Source: an uncultured delta proteobacterium (GTDB lineage Bacteria > Desulfobacterota > Desulfobacteria > Desulfobacterales > JAFDCJ01). Taken from it: DNA of 64,000 bases. The position numbers were made by a program, and so were the translations under genes. The notes under the pieces are model-generated. The model made no database searches. It was not told the DNA's origin and saw nothing but the letters and a program-made list of their open reading frames with translations. Positions 32,600 through 43,284 of the stretch are shown here, in pieces. Numbering within the stretch: the stretch's first letter is position 1; the number at the start of each line of letters is the position of its first letter. The stretch covers positions 352,001-416,000 of the forward strand of contig CAVYNY010000011.1 of assembly GCA_963769935.1 (NCBI GenBank). The letters are read 5' to 3'.

Positions 32600-34216
32600 C
32601 TACACCTCCCACCTCAGCCGAACAGTCGTGCCCTTGCCGGCCGAGGAATCGATTGTGAATACCCCCCCTGACAGCTCGGCTCTCTCACGCATACTGGCCA
32701 ATCCGAATCCCCGCCGGGAGGCCTTTAAGGATATCGCCTTTCTGAAATCGAAGCCCCGGCCGTTATCGTGCACTTTCAACTCGATCCTGCTGTTTTTTCT
32801 CTTCAGCCCGAGTTGAACCGCGTCGGCCCGGCTGTGCTTGGCAATATTGTTCAGGGCTTCCTGCAAAATCCGGTAGATGACCGTTTTCAGCGGGGAGGGG
32901 ATGTCTTTTTCCCGGATGTCGATATCTTTTTTTATTTCGATGTTCGCGTAGACTTTCTGGAATTCCCGGCAAAACCAGGTGATGGTGGCCAGAATCCCCA
33001 GATCATCGAGGATAGCGGGCCGCAGATCCTTTACGATTCTGCGCACTTCCTCAATTGTCTTTTGCGTCAGCGGGATGATGGCTTCCAGCGGCTTTAATTC
33101 CGAACGATTCGGACGATTGCGCAATTCTCTTAACGAATTTTCCACGCTGAATTTAATGGCACTCAACGCCTGGCCGATTCCATCGTGCAGTTCACGGGCG
33201 ATTCGTTTCCTTTCTTTTTCTTCCGTCGACAGCAGCTGGTTGGAAAGTATCCGCAGTTCCTTGTCTGATTCCCGCAGGGCGTCCTCAACCAGGCGGCGTT
33301 TGGTCATATCCTGCACGATTCCCGAAATGGCGGGGCCGTCTTTGTAATTAATCAAGGAGAGGCTTCGCAGGACCCAGATCACATCCCCATTTTTCTTCAA
33401 ACCCCGGATCTCGTACTCCGAGGGAACCTTTTCACCCTTCAGCCGTTTTTCCCGCAATTCGTCTACCAGCAGTCGATCTATCGGGTGAACGAGAATAGAG
33501 GAATCCAGGCCGATTAACGCTTCTTTTTTATAGCCGTATATCTCAGCGAATTTATCGTTGGCAAATTCGATTTTTCCGTCCTTTATGATATATACGCCGA
33601 CTAGAGCGTCTTCGACCAGCGTGCCGTATTTTTGTTCGGATTCGCGCAGCGCAGCTTCGGCATATTCACATTCGGCAATCTGCCGGCGCAATTTCCGGTT
33701 GGTTTTTTCGAGTTCAGCGGTGCGTTCGGCCACCCGCTCCGACAGTTCGCGGCGGACTTCAAGCAGCGCTTCTTCCGCCGCTTTGCGATGGGTAATTTCT
33801 TTGATTACCGATCGAAATTGATCCCGGTTTTTCGATGCTGCGCGCACCACCACACTTTCAAGCTGGACCCAGGGTAGAGGCTTTCTTTTTGAGACAAGTC
33901 TGACGTCGCAGGTCTGTTTTTGCCGAGTTTCAAAAAGCAGCCGGTGGTGGGAATCAAAAACCGGTTTCGAATCAGGGGTGATATAAGCCGAGAGGGGTTT
34001 ACCCAGTAGATTGTCCCGGTCCGTTCCCAGCAGCAGCGCGCCGGTGGAATTAACATCCAAAATGTTGCCGCCCCGATCGAAGGTAAAATAGCCGACCGGG
34101 GCAAAGTCAAAATAATCCGCGTATCGACGTTTAAGGTCCCGGGACTTCGGTTGATTTGCTTCGTCGCCTGAATTATTTTTATCTTCATGTGGTGGCGGCA
34201 ATTGGCTTACAGTCAT
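32600..34216 (-). CDS. PAS-PAS sensor histidine kinase (HisKA_3)
   Basis: ERKRIARELHDGIGQ, QEALNNIAKHS, DNGRGF and GFGL motifs; GGAGGTG RBS before 34216. Confidence 0.93.
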   Translation of the reverse strand: MTVSQLPPPHEDKNNSGDEANQPKSRDLKRRYADYFDFAPVGYFTFDRGGNILDVNSTGALLLGTDRDNLLGKPLSAYITPDSKPVFDSHHRLLFETRQKQTCDVRLVSKRKPLPWVQLESVVVRAASKNRDQFRSVIKEITHRKAAEEALLEVRRELSERVAERTAELEKTNRKLRRQIAECEYAEAALRESEQKYGTLVEDALVGVYIIKDGKIEFANDKFAEIYGYKKEALIGLDSSILVHPIDRLLVDELREKRLKGEKVPSEYEIRGLKKNGDVIWVLRSLSLINYKDGPAISGIVQDMTKRRLVEDALRESDKELRILSNQLLSTEEKERKRIARELHDGIGQALSAIKFSVENSLRELRNRPNRSELKPLEAIIPLTQKTIEEVRRIVKDLRPAILDDLGILATITWFCREFQKVYANIEIKKDIDIREKDIPSPLKTVIYRILQEALNNIAKHSRADAVQLGLKRKNSRIELKVHDNGRGFDFRKAISLKASRRGFGLASMRERAELSGGVFTIDSSAGKGTTVRLRWEV

Positions 34217-34441
34217 AAACACCTCCGGCGCGAACGTCCCCACCCGGTTGCAGGATGAATTAATCAGGGCAGCATCAAATGACTTATCTCATTTATTGTT
34301 TCAATTTTCAATAATTTGCAATATAAAATGTGATCGCGCAGAATTGTGCGGTGTCAATGGTCCGTTAATCTCCGTCCGCAGTTAAAAACGGATTTTTATC
34401 CCGCTCTGAATTCTATTCGCTGCGGGTGAATATTTTGATTA

Positions 34442-34960
34442 ATGATTAAAAAAAATGGCAAAAATATTGTACTCATTGGAATGCCGGGGGTGGGCAAGAG
34501 CACCGCGGGGGTCCTGCTGGCCAAGCGGGTTGGTTATTCCTTTCTGGATACGGATATTTATATCCAGACCCAGGAAGGCAAAAGCCTTCAGGCGCTGATC
34601 CGGCAGCATGGAACATCCGGTTTTTGCGATATCGAAGCGCGCTATATGACTTCGATCTCCGTGAAAGCGCATGTGCTTGCCACCGGCGGCAGTGTGATAT
34701 ACCGGCCCAAGGCCATGAAACATTTTAAAACCACCGGTGTCGTGATCCACCTTGATATCGAATTGGCCAGGCTAAAAAAAAGACTGGATGACCTAGACGG
34801 CCGGGGCGTCGTGATCGCCCCCGGCCTGACCCTTGATGAGCTTTACGCTGAGCGGCAACCGTTATACGCCAAATACGCCGATGTTACCATCAAGACCGAC
34901 GTCTTGAGCCCTGATCAAGTTGTGCGGGAATTGTCTGATATTCTAATTGGGGGCTACTGA
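34442..34960 (+). CDS. aroK: Shikimate kinase
   Basis: IGMPGVGKST, DTD, ATGGS and ER.PLY motifs. Confidence 0.92.
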   Translation: MIKKNGKNIVLIGMPGVGKSTAGVLLAKRVGYSFLDTDIYIQTQEGKSLQALIRQHGTSGFCDIEARYMTSISVKAHVLATGGSVIYRPKAMKHFKTTGVVIHLDIELARLKKRLDDLDGRGVVIAPGLTLDELYAERQPLYAKYADVTIKTDVLSPDQVVRELSDILIGGY

Positions 34961-34961
34961 C

Positions 34962-35513
34962 ATGATACACGCCAGCGGATATTCAAGCATCGTCATCACC
35001 ATATTAATCGGTATATTGGTGCTGACCTTCGGCCGCAAACTCTTCTGGCTGTTCGTCGGCTGTCTGGGCTTTGCAGTCGGCTTTAACTATGCACCCTACG
35101 TATGGCCGGTTCAATCAACTTTGTTCCTGCTGATACTGGCAACGATCACAGGCATCATCGGCGCCGTGCTGGCGCTTTTTTTCCAGAAGATCGCCATCGG
35201 ACTGGCCGGCTTTGCCGGCGGCGGCTACATTGCCTTGAACCTGCTGAATTTATTTGGAATCAGGCTGGAGCAAACAATCTGGCTGCCTTACCTGATCGGC
35301 GGCATCATCGGCGCGCTGCTGCTGTTTTGCATCTTTGACTGGGCCTTGATATTCGTTTCATCTCTGACCGGCGCTACGATGATTACGCAAGCAACAACGT
35401 TATCCCCGGGGGTGGAACTGATTTTGTATGTTGGTTTGGTGATTACAGGTGTCGTCATCCAAACCGCGCTGTACCGCAAAACCTCACCCCGTCAAGGGGA
35501 ATTTCATGGATAA
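34962..35513 (+). CDS. DUF4203/TMEM198-like membrane protein
   Basis: Gly-rich multi-TM protein; FGRKLFW and SSLTGA segments. Confidence 0.7.
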   Translation: MIHASGYSSIVITILIGILVLTFGRKLFWLFVGCLGFAVGFNYAPYVWPVQSTLFLLILATITGIIGAVLALFFQKIAIGLAGFAGGGYIALNLLNLFGIRLEQTIWLPYLIGGIIGALLLFCIFDWALIFVSSLTGATMITQATTLSPGVELILYVGLVITGVVIQTALYRKTSPRQGEFHG

Positions 35514-35526
35514 TCGGTTTCCTGCA

Positions 35527-36684
35527 TCAATCATCCGATAACGATGCGCGCTTAATGGCATCCTTGCCGAATTTTTTAGTGATGGTTTCCAGCGTGCGGT
35601 CCACCTTGCTCCAGCTCTTGTCGCCGGCGGTGTCTCTGTCAAAAAGATCCAGCTGTACCGGCAGACCGGCTGGTTTGAATCCCGAAGTGCCGACGCCGAT
35701 CAGTCTTATTTTCCCAGTCAACCGATAGTCCTCCAACAGACGGACAGCGTGCCGGTAAAGGGTTTTTGACGATTGGGTCGGGATGGCGATGGTTTTGCTG
35801 CGGGTTACCTGTTTAAAGTCGGCATGTTTCAGCTTGAGGGTGACGGTGCCGGCCTTAACGTTTGCCTTTCTGAGTTGGCGGGCGACTTCTTCAGCCTGTT
35901 TAAGAAGATGGTTTTTAAGAAGTTCTATATCATCGGTATCTTCGGCCAGGGTGCGTTCACTGCTGACAGACTTGGGAGACGCGTAAGGCGTCACTGTGGA
36001 ACTATCCCGACCGGACGAAAGTTCAAACAGGCGCGCCCCCAATTTGCCCAGCCGATCCAACAGCATTTTCTCAGGGAACTTTTGAATGTCGCCCAGGGTT
36101 TTAATGCCCAGCGACGCTAAATATGGCAGCGTTTTTTTGCCGATACCCGATACGGCGTGAACGGGAAGCGCTGCGATGAAAGACGGCATATCTTCCGGCC
36201 GGATAATGGTGAGCCCGTCCGGCTTGTTCATGTCCGAGGCCACTTTGGCCAGAAATTTGACGGGAGCCACCCCCACCGAGCAGGTCAGTCCCAGCTCATC
36301 TTTAATTTTCTTTTTGATGGCAAGGGCCATTTTCTCAGGATCACCGTGGAGCCGTTCGCACCCGGCAAGGTCCATGAAAGCCTCGTCGATGGAGACCGCC
36401 TCCACCCGGGGGGCAAACTCATTGAGGATGGTCATAACCTTTTGGGAAACTTCCCGGTAGCGATTCATCCTGGGCGGGATGAATATTCCCTGCGGGCATT
36501 TCTCACGCGCCTGAAATATCGGCATGGCCGAGTGCACACCGAACCTGCGGGCTTCATAACTTGCGGCGGAGACGACGCCGCGATTGGATGTTCCCCCCAC
36601 GATCACGCATTTACCTCTGAGCCAGGGGTTGTCCAACTGCTCAACGGAGGCGTAAAATGCATCCATGTCGATGTGTAAGATCAT
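35527..36684 (-). CDS. dinB: DNA polymerase IV
   Basis: HIDMDAFYASVE, AASYEAR, SIDEAF and SDMNKPDG motifs. Confidence 0.96.
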   Translation of the reverse strand: MILHIDMDAFYASVEQLDNPWLRGKCVIVGGTSNRGVVSAASYEARRFGVHSAMPIFQAREKCPQGIFIPPRMNRYREVSQKVMTILNEFAPRVEAVSIDEAFMDLAGCERLHGDPEKMALAIKKKIKDELGLTCSVGVAPVKFLAKVASDMNKPDGLTIIRPEDMPSFIAALPVHAVSGIGKKTLPYLASLGIKTLGDIQKFPEKMLLDRLGKLGARLFELSSGRDSSTVTPYASPKSVSSERTLAEDTDDIELLKNHLLKQAEEVARQLRKANVKAGTVTLKLKHADFKQVTRSKTIAIPTQSSKTLYRHAVRLLEDYRLTGKIRLIGVGTSGFKPAGLPVQLDLFDRDTAGDKSWSKVDRTLETITKKFGKDAIKRASLSDD

Positions 36685-36831
36685 AGAGTCGCGGTGCGCG
36701 CGTCACGGGTTGTGGGTTACAGGATACAAAGACCAAAGGTGTCCGGCGTCAGCCAATTTGCTGGCCGCGGAGCAGCCGGCCTGATAGAAGCGTAAACTCC
36801 TTTAGAACATAAAAATGATATTAAGCCTAAT

Positions 36832-37077
36832 TCAACACCCTATGCAACTGAGATCAATCTTGTCAATGACCACCCTGATTTTTGGCCGAAAAGCTCGGGC
36901 AACCCTCGCGATGTCTCCGACATAGGTGCCGGTTTCAGGACTGGTATGGAGCAGCTGCATCACCTCCTGTTCTTCAACATCCTTTCCCCAGTAGCTCAGA
37001 ACGGCCTGGAGGGCTGATGCGCCGCAGGAGTACACGGTGCTCTGGCGGGTACTGGTAAGCAACGGAAATCTCTTCAT
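36832..37077 (-). pseudogene. Truncated C39-like cysteine peptidase
   Basis: RQSTVYSCGASAL..VLSYWG catalytic-Cys motif; similarity ends after about 63 aa and the catalytic His half is missing; GGAGG RBS. Confidence 0.6.
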
Positions 37078-37120
37078 GGATAATAATACCTCCCTTGCAA
37101 AGAGTTGCGATAGTATTGAA

Positions 37121-38230
37121 CTACTTAACCTGAATATAAGCGGCCAGGAACCGGAATACGGACCAGATATCGTCGACTTTGATCCATTCGTCGGTCGTGT
37201 GCGCGTCCCGGTACCCGATCGAAATTTCGACCGCTTTAATCTGTTTCTCCGCCCACACGTTGGCGTCGCTCGCGCCGCACGATTCCTCCCAGGCGACCGT
37301 CCAGCCGTGCGCGGTCATCGCCGCTTTTAATTCTTTGATGAGCGGGTCCTTCTTGTCGTAGCGGTAGCCGCGGCAGGCAAGCGTGCTGCTGAAGGAGAGC
37401 TTTGCCCCGCGCCGCCGCCGCACTGCCCGCTTAAACGCGCGGTTGATGATTTCGATCTGGGCCAGAGCGCTCTTCTGGGAATGGCTGCGCGTTTCAGCGT
37501 GCATCACCGCCTCGGCCGGGATGCTGTTGCTGGCTGAACCGGCGGCCAGGGTGCCGATGTTGGCGGTGGTCTGGCGGTCGATCCGACCGAGCTTCAGTTC
37601 GCTGATCGCATCGGCCGCGATGGCGAGCGCGTTGATCCCCTTCTGCGGCTCGACCCCGGCATGCGCCGCCCGCCCTTTAACCTGGATATCGATATTGTAA
37701 ATATACGGCGCGGCGATCGTGATCCGGCCGGGATCGTCGGACCCGTCCAGGATGAAGCCCTCGCGCGCCCGAATCCGGCTCCAGTCCAGATTGTGCACCC
37801 CGTCGAGGTCCGTCTCTTCCTGGCGCGTGAAGACGAGTTCAAGCGGCCGGATGCGCCAGCCCTGGCCAACGGCTTCTTGCGCGACGGCGATCGCAGCCGC
37901 CAAGCCGGCTTTGTCGTCGGCGCCGAGGATGGTCCGCCCGTCCGAACGGACCACGCCGTTGCGGACCACCGGTTTCACCGCCCGTCCCGGCTCGACTGTA
38001 TCGAGATGGGCCGAAAGCACCAGCGGCTTGCCTTCGCCTGCGACCTTGGCGATCACGTTGCCGTAAGCATCGCGACCGGCCCTGATCTTGTGGCGGGCAA
38101 AATGCTCGATGACATAGTCCCCGACCGACTTCTCTTCGCCGGACGGTGAGTCGATCCGGCACAGATTGACGAAGAGCTCCAGCAGTTCAGACTTTTTCAT
38201 AGTCAATTTAGGATCTGTGGGTGAGGTCAT
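37121..38230 (-). CDS. M20 family peptidase T-like metallopeptidase
   Basis: SAHLDTV, LGADDKAG, QEE, GRAAHAG and HTTDE motifs; visibly GC-richer than neighbours. Confidence 0.9.
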   Translation of the reverse strand: MTSPTDPKLTMKKSELLELFVNLCRIDSPSGEEKSVGDYVIEHFARHKIRAGRDAYGNVIAKVAGEGKPLVLSAHLDTVEPGRAVKPVVRNGVVRSDGRTILGADDKAGLAAAIAVAQEAVGQGWRIRPLELVFTRQEETDLDGVHNLDWSRIRAREGFILDGSDDPGRITIAAPYIYNIDIQVKGRAAHAGVEPQKGINALAIAADAISELKLGRIDRQTTANIGTLAAGSASNSIPAEAVMHAETRSHSQKSALAQIEIINRAFKRAVRRRRGAKLSFSSTLACRGYRYDKKDPLIKELKAAMTAHGWTVAWEESCGASDANVWAEKQIKAVEISIGYRDAHTTDEWIKVDDIWSVFRFLAAYIQVK

Positions 38231-38471
38231 AAGAACTCCCTTGTTCGCTGTGCTATATGGAACTCACCTCTAAATCCACCTGTGTTTCTGTTCCGATATG
38301 ATATGTGTTTTTATCGATTCCGTGAGGCAGGTCACATCCGAATCTCCTGATGGAACCATCCCATATATGAATTCAAGCGATTTCTCTCTATAAACGGGTA
38401 AGGTCAGAGCGTAATATGCAGAATATAGGAATTGTAAATAAAAAAGATATGGGACCTTGGTCCAATAGTAA

Positions 38472-38624
38472 GGGCTCACTCAAAAATAACTTCACATTTT
38501 ATACGCCGATGCATCTCCTGCGGCTGCGTTGCGAAAGCTCGGAATATCCAGATATTCCTGCGTTTTCACGCCTTGCCGCCAGAGCGCCTCAACTAAAACT
38601 GTGAATTAATTTCTTCGTGAACCC
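38472..38624. mobile_element. Non-autonomous MITE (153 bp) with imperfect ~30-bp terminal inverted repeats and TAA flanks
   Basis: GGGCTCACTCAAAAATAACTTCACATTTTA ... TAAAACTGTGAATTAATTTCTTCGTGAACCC, flanked by TAA at 38469-38471 and 38625-38627. Confidence 0.65.
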
Positions 38625-38630
38625 TAAGGG

Positions 38631-39025
38631 TCAGGCAGCCGGGGATCGGATGCCGAGTTTTTCGGCAAAGCGGACCAGGTCCGCAAAGGACTGGGCGTGC
38701 ATCTTTTCCATCACACGCGCCCGGTGCACCTTGATGGTCTTCTCGCCAATCCCAAGTTCGAAGGCAACCTGCTTGTTCAGCATACCGCTCCAAAATCCAT
38801 TAGGTGCCGTCTTTACTGCGGTAACGATTTTCGAAATGGATGACTTCCTGCTGCGAAAACGGGTGCCTTGGTTTCAAAGGAATGCAGGACCGGAACGTTC
38901 TTTGCATCCGGGGCGCTTTGAGACTGGGCCTAGACAACGCCGATGGAAAGCGCATAGATGAGCGGCATAAAGAAAAGGCAGGCGTAACGGAATGGTATCC
39001 ATCTGATTCGGCAAGCAGGCGTCAT
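38631..39025 (-). pseudogene. Collapsed remnant of a sensor kinase plus FixJ-type regulator
   Basis: Signal-peptide-like start ..AKNVPVLHSFE, PAC fragment FENRYRSKDGT*, then SGMLNKQVAFELGIGEKTIKVHRARVMEKM HTH. Confidence 0.65.
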
Positions 39026-39331
39026 CACTGATTCCCGCATTAATGCAGAATACTTTGCAGCACAGGTTTTGCCCATGTGTCTCGTGCTCATAGCCACTGC
39101 GTATTGGCGAAATGCGTCTTTAGGCCAGCGGCTGATAAGATTACCTTGTAGCGGATAGACCTGAAAAAAGCAAGGCCGCGTTTATCATACGCCCGGTGCG
39201 CCAGGCGGGATGCGATTTAATTGTTTGCTTTAATCTGTATATCTGATATTTAATACAAAACTGTATTTATTTTAATCGATTTCAACAAATTCGTAATTTA
39301 TTACCTAAAATATTGGGACAAAATTTTATCC

Positions 39332-40855
39332 ATGGAACCGATTGAAGAAGTTACCCTGTTGTATGAAATCACTACGGCGCTCAATGAGCATCTGGATTTA
39401 AAAAAATCCCTTTACAAGGTGATGGACCTGTTGTCCAACTCTATGAATATGGTGCGGGGAACTATAACCATTTTAAACCCCTTGAGCAACGAGATCAACA
39501 TCGAGGTGGCCCACGGCCTGCCCCTGAATGCCATGGAAAGGGTAAAATACAAACTGGGGGAAGGGGTTACCGGGCGGGTGATTGAAACCGGCAAGGCGGT
39601 GGCCATACCCAAAATCAGCGAGGAACCTCTTTTCCTGGATCGCACCGGTTCGCGCCGGAAGAAAACGGGCCAGGAACTATCTTTTATCTGCGTGCCCGTC
39701 AAAAAGGGCAAACAGGTTATCGGCGCTTTAAGCGTCGATAAGCCCTTTGACAGTGCCTATCCCTTAAAAAGCGGGCAGAAGCTGCTATCCGTTATTGCCA
39801 CCATGCTCGCCAGCCATGTGATCAAGCTGGAAACAATCCGGATGGAAAAGGAGCGGCTGAAAGAGGAGAACCGGCGGCTGCAGAACGTGCTCAAAGACAA
39901 GTACAGCATCGGCAACATCATCGGCAACAGCAACAAAATGCGCGAAGTCTTTCAGATGGTCTCGCAGGTATCCCGAAGCAACGCCACGGTTTTGATCCGG
40001 GGCGAAAGCGGCACCGGCAAGGAACTGGTGGCCAACTCCATCCACTATAACAGCCACCGGGAGAAAAATCCGTTCGTCAAAGTAAACTGTGCCGCTTTGC
40101 CGACCACTCTGATCGAAAGCGAGCTTTTCGGCCATGAAAAAGGCGCTTTTACCGGCGCCATTAAACAGAAGATCGGCAAATTCGAATTGGCCCACAAGGG
40201 GACGATATTTCTGGATGAAATCGGATCCCTCGACCTGGAGGTTCAGGCCAATCTGCTGCGCATCCTGCAGGAAAAAGAATTCGAGCGGGTGGGAGGCCAT
40301 CGCACGATTAAAACCGATGTCAGGATTATTGCCGCCACCAATAAGAATCTGGAGCGCGCCGTGGAGGATGAAACCTTTCGGGGGGACCTTTATTACCGCT
40401 TGAATGTGTTTCCGATTTATCTGCCGCCGCTAAGGGAGCGCAAGACCGATATGCTGCTGTTGGCCGATTATTTTCTGGAGAAATATGCCGCGGAAAACGG
40501 CAAGGACATCAAGCGGCTGTCAACACCGGCCATCGATATGCTCATGGAATATCACTGGCCCGGCAATGTGCGGGAGCTGGAAAACTGCATCGAACGTGCC
40601 GTGCTGCTGTGCGAGGAGGGCGTCATTCACAGCTACCATCTGCCGCCGACCCTTCAGACCGGCCGGGAATCCGATACCGTGCCGTCCCTGTCGCTGGAGG
40701 ATGCCATCGCCAACCTGGAGCGGGAAATGATCATCGATGCCCTGAAAAATACCCGGGGCAATATCACGACTGCCGCCAAAATACTGCAGACCACGGTCAG
40801 AAAGTTTACGTACAAGGCACAGAGATATGGCGTGGACTATAAATACTACCGTTAA
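39332..40855 (+). CDS. NifA-like sigma-54-dependent activator (GAF-AAA+-HTH)
   Basis: GAF ([14 protein letters not shown]), [33 protein letters not shown] and C-terminal Fis-type HTH. Confidence 0.92.
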   Translation: MEPIEEVTLLYEITTALNEHLDLKKSLYKVMDLLSNSMNMVRGTITILNPLSNEINIEVAHGLPLNAMERVKYKLGEGVTGRVIETGKAVAIPKISEEPLFLDRTGSRRKKTGQELSFICVPVKKGKQVIGALSVDKPFDSAYPLKSGQKLLSVIATMLASHVIKLETIRMEKERLKEENRRLQNVLKDKYSIGNIIGNSNKMREVFQMVSQVSRSNATVLIRGESGTGKELVANSIHYNSHREKNPFVKVNCAALPTTLIESELFGHEKGAFTGAIKQKIGKFELAHKGTIFLDEIGSLDLEVQANLLRILQEKEFERVGGHRTIKTDVRIIAATNKNLERAVEDETFRGDLYYRLNVFPIYLPPLRERKTDMLLLADYFLEKYAAENGKDIKRLSTPAIDMLMEYHWPGNVRELENCIERAVLLCEEGVIHSYHLPPTLQTGRESDTVPSLSLEDAIANLEREMIIDALKNTRGNITTAAKILQTTVRKFTYKAQRYGVDYKYYR

Positions 40856-40940
40856 AACCGGTTTCTTAAATTCCTTGGGGTCTGATAATATTGAGAGCTT
40901 TTTTGATTTTCCGGTGGATTCGAGAAAAAGGGGGGGCCAA

Positions 40941-40970
40941 CAGCCGCCCGCCGAAAACGACGGGCGGCTG
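40941..40970 (-). terminator. GC-rich hairpin after glnA
   Basis: CAGCCGCCCG-ccgaaaacga-CGGGCGGCTG between convergent genes. Confidence 0.65.
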
Positions 40971-40984
40971 CTTGCGGGGCCGGG

Positions 40985-42397
40985 TTAAATGTCGTAGTAG
41001 AGATAGAACTCATGGGGATGGGGACGCAGCCGGACATCGTTGATTTCGTTTTCCGTCTTGTAGTCAATCCACATGTCGATGGCGTCCCTGGTGAAGACAT
41101 CGCCTTTCAGCAGATATTCCTGATCGGCCTTCAGAGCTGCCAGGGCTTCATCCAGCGACCCCGGCGCGGAAGGAATTTCGGCCAGCTCTTCCGGGGGCAG
41201 ATTGTAGATGTTTTTGTCCAGCGGATCCCCCGGATCGATTTTGTTCTGAATGCCGTCGATGACCGCCATCACCATAGCGGAAAAAGCCAGGTAACCGTTG
41301 CAGGAGGGATCGGGGGTTCTGAACTCGATCCGTTTGGCCTTGGGCGAAGTGGAGTACATCGGAATCCGGATAGCCGCGCTGCGGTTGCGGCTGGAATAGG
41401 CCAGGTTGACCGGCGCCTCGAAACCCGGCACCAGACGCTTGTAAGAGTTGGTGGTGGGGTTGCTAAAGGCGCACAGAGACTTGCAGTGCTTCAAAATACC
41501 GCCGATGGCATACAACGCCTCCTGGGAGACGCCGGCGTATTTGTCGCCGGCAAACAGCGGTTTGCCTTCTTTCCAGATGCTGATGTGGGTGTGCATGCCG
41601 CTGCCGTTATCTTCAAAGATCGGTTTGGGCATAAACGTAACCGTGTGGTTGTGGCGGTAGGCCACGTTTTTGAGCACGTATTTAAACCACATGAGCTGAT
41701 CGGCCATCTGCACCAGCGGTTTAAAGCGCATGTCGATTTCGGCCTGACCGGCCGTGGCGACTTCATGATGCTGGGCCTCGATTTCGATGCCCAGCTGCTC
41801 CAGGGTCAGAACCATCTCAGACCTCAAATCCTGAAACTTGTCCATGGGCGGGACCGGAAAATAGCCTTCTTTGGGCCGCGGCTTGTACCCCAGGTTGGGT
41901 CCCTCATCGCGACCGGTGTTCCAGGAGCCCTCGATGGAGTCGATCTCGTAGAATGCGCCGAAGCGATTGGATTCAAATCGGATATCGTCAAAGATAAAAA
42001 ACTCCGCTTCGGGACCGATGTATACCACATCCCCAATGCCGGTGTTTTTCAAATAGGCATCGGCTTTGCGAGCGATGTTCCGGGGATCGCGGCTATAGGC
42101 TTCGCGGGTGACCGGGTCAACGATATTGCAGATTAACACCAGGGTCGGTGTGGTATAAAAGGGATCCATTCTGGCGGAATCGGCGTCCGGGATAACCAGC
42201 ATGTCACTGGCATGAATCGGCTGCCAGCCGCGAATACTGGATCCGTCAAAGCCGAAGCCGTCTTCAAAGCTGGATTCTTCCAACTCCCTGATAGGTACGC
42301 TGAAGTGCTGCCAAAGCCCCGGATAATCCATAAACCGTAAATCGACCATTTTTGCGTCGTTTTCCTTTGCCATGTCCAATACTTCTTTGGGGGTCAT
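40985..42397 (-). CDS. glnA: Type I glutamine synthetase
   Basis: [34 protein letters not shown] and NRSAAIRIP motifs; adenylylation site NIYNLPP. Confidence 0.97.
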   Translation of the reverse strand: MTPKEVLDMAKENDAKMVDLRFMDYPGLWQHFSVPIRELEESSFEDGFGFDGSSIRGWQPIHASDMLVIPDADSARMDPFYTTPTLVLICNIVDPVTREAYSRDPRNIARKADAYLKNTGIGDVVYIGPEAEFFIFDDIRFESNRFGAFYEIDSIEGSWNTGRDEGPNLGYKPRPKEGYFPVPPMDKFQDLRSEMVLTLEQLGIEIEAQHHEVATAGQAEIDMRFKPLVQMADQLMWFKYVLKNVAYRHNHTVTFMPKPIFEDNGSGMHTHISIWKEGKPLFAGDKYAGVSQEALYAIGGILKHCKSLCAFSNPTTNSYKRLVPGFEAPVNLAYSSRNRSAAIRIPMYSTSPKAKRIEFRTPDPSCNGYLAFSAMVMAVIDGIQNKIDPGDPLDKNIYNLPPEELAEIPSAPGSLDEALAALKADQEYLLKGDVFTRDAIDMWIDYKTENEINDVRLRPHPHEFYLYYDI

Positions 42398-42416
42398 TTT
42401 TTTTCTCCTTTGATTT

Positions 42417-42740
42417 TAGTTAATAGTTGATAGTTAGTAGTTGATAGTTAGTAGTTGATAGCAGATAGTTCATAGTTGATAGGTAAAAGGCTAAAGGCTA
42501 AAGGTAAAAGGTTAAAGGCAAATGGTATTACTTTACGGTATGCGCTTTGCTCTATGCTCCTTACCCGCTCACCTTCCCAAATTCTTATCTTCTTCTTATC
42601 CTCTCTCCTTTCCGCCTTCCTACCCTCTCACTTTCTGATCTTCTTATCTTCTAACCTTCCCACCATCTTATCTTCTCGCCTTCTCTCTTTTATCGTCTGT
42701 CCTCTGACCTCTGTCTTCTATATCTATACTATGCCCTTTG
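42417..42740. repeat. Stack of at least five short-period arrays between glnB and glnA
   Basis: (TAGTTGA/TAGTTAG)~9, (GYWAAAG)5, TATGCKC, TCTTATCT-type 8-mers, (TCTGWCY)3. Confidence 0.85.
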
Positions 42741-42742
42741 CT

Positions 42743-43096
<354 letters not shown>

Positions 43097-43104
43097 CTAT
43101 GTTA

Positions 43105-43213
43105 TTGAATATTCAAGATTGCAAATTGAATATTTGTGGATGTCGCCTTGCTCTGTCCTTTTTAAAATGGAAACGATCCTTAAATATTCAATATTCAACC
43201 TAAAATATTCAAT
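43105..43213. repeat. ATTGAAT/ATTCAAT inverted heptamer element
   Basis: ATTGAATATTCAAGATTGCAAATTGAATATTT ... AAATATTCAATATTCAACCTAAAATATTCAAT. Confidence 0.8.
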
Positions 43214-43284
43214 TGTTACCGGATCTTAATCACATTTCTATAGATTTTTTTGCCACAAAATACACAAAAATAAAAACTAAATTC

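Noticed and set aside
39332..40855. Calling the activator nifA, or a nitrogen-fixation locus
   Set aside because: No nif structural or cofactor genes in the window, so the symbol is withheld
41012..42136. 374-aa ORF antisense to glnA (likewise 5602..6585, 7336..8235, 48209..49033)
   Set aside because: Shadow ORFs opposite well-conserved genes, with no recognisable motifs
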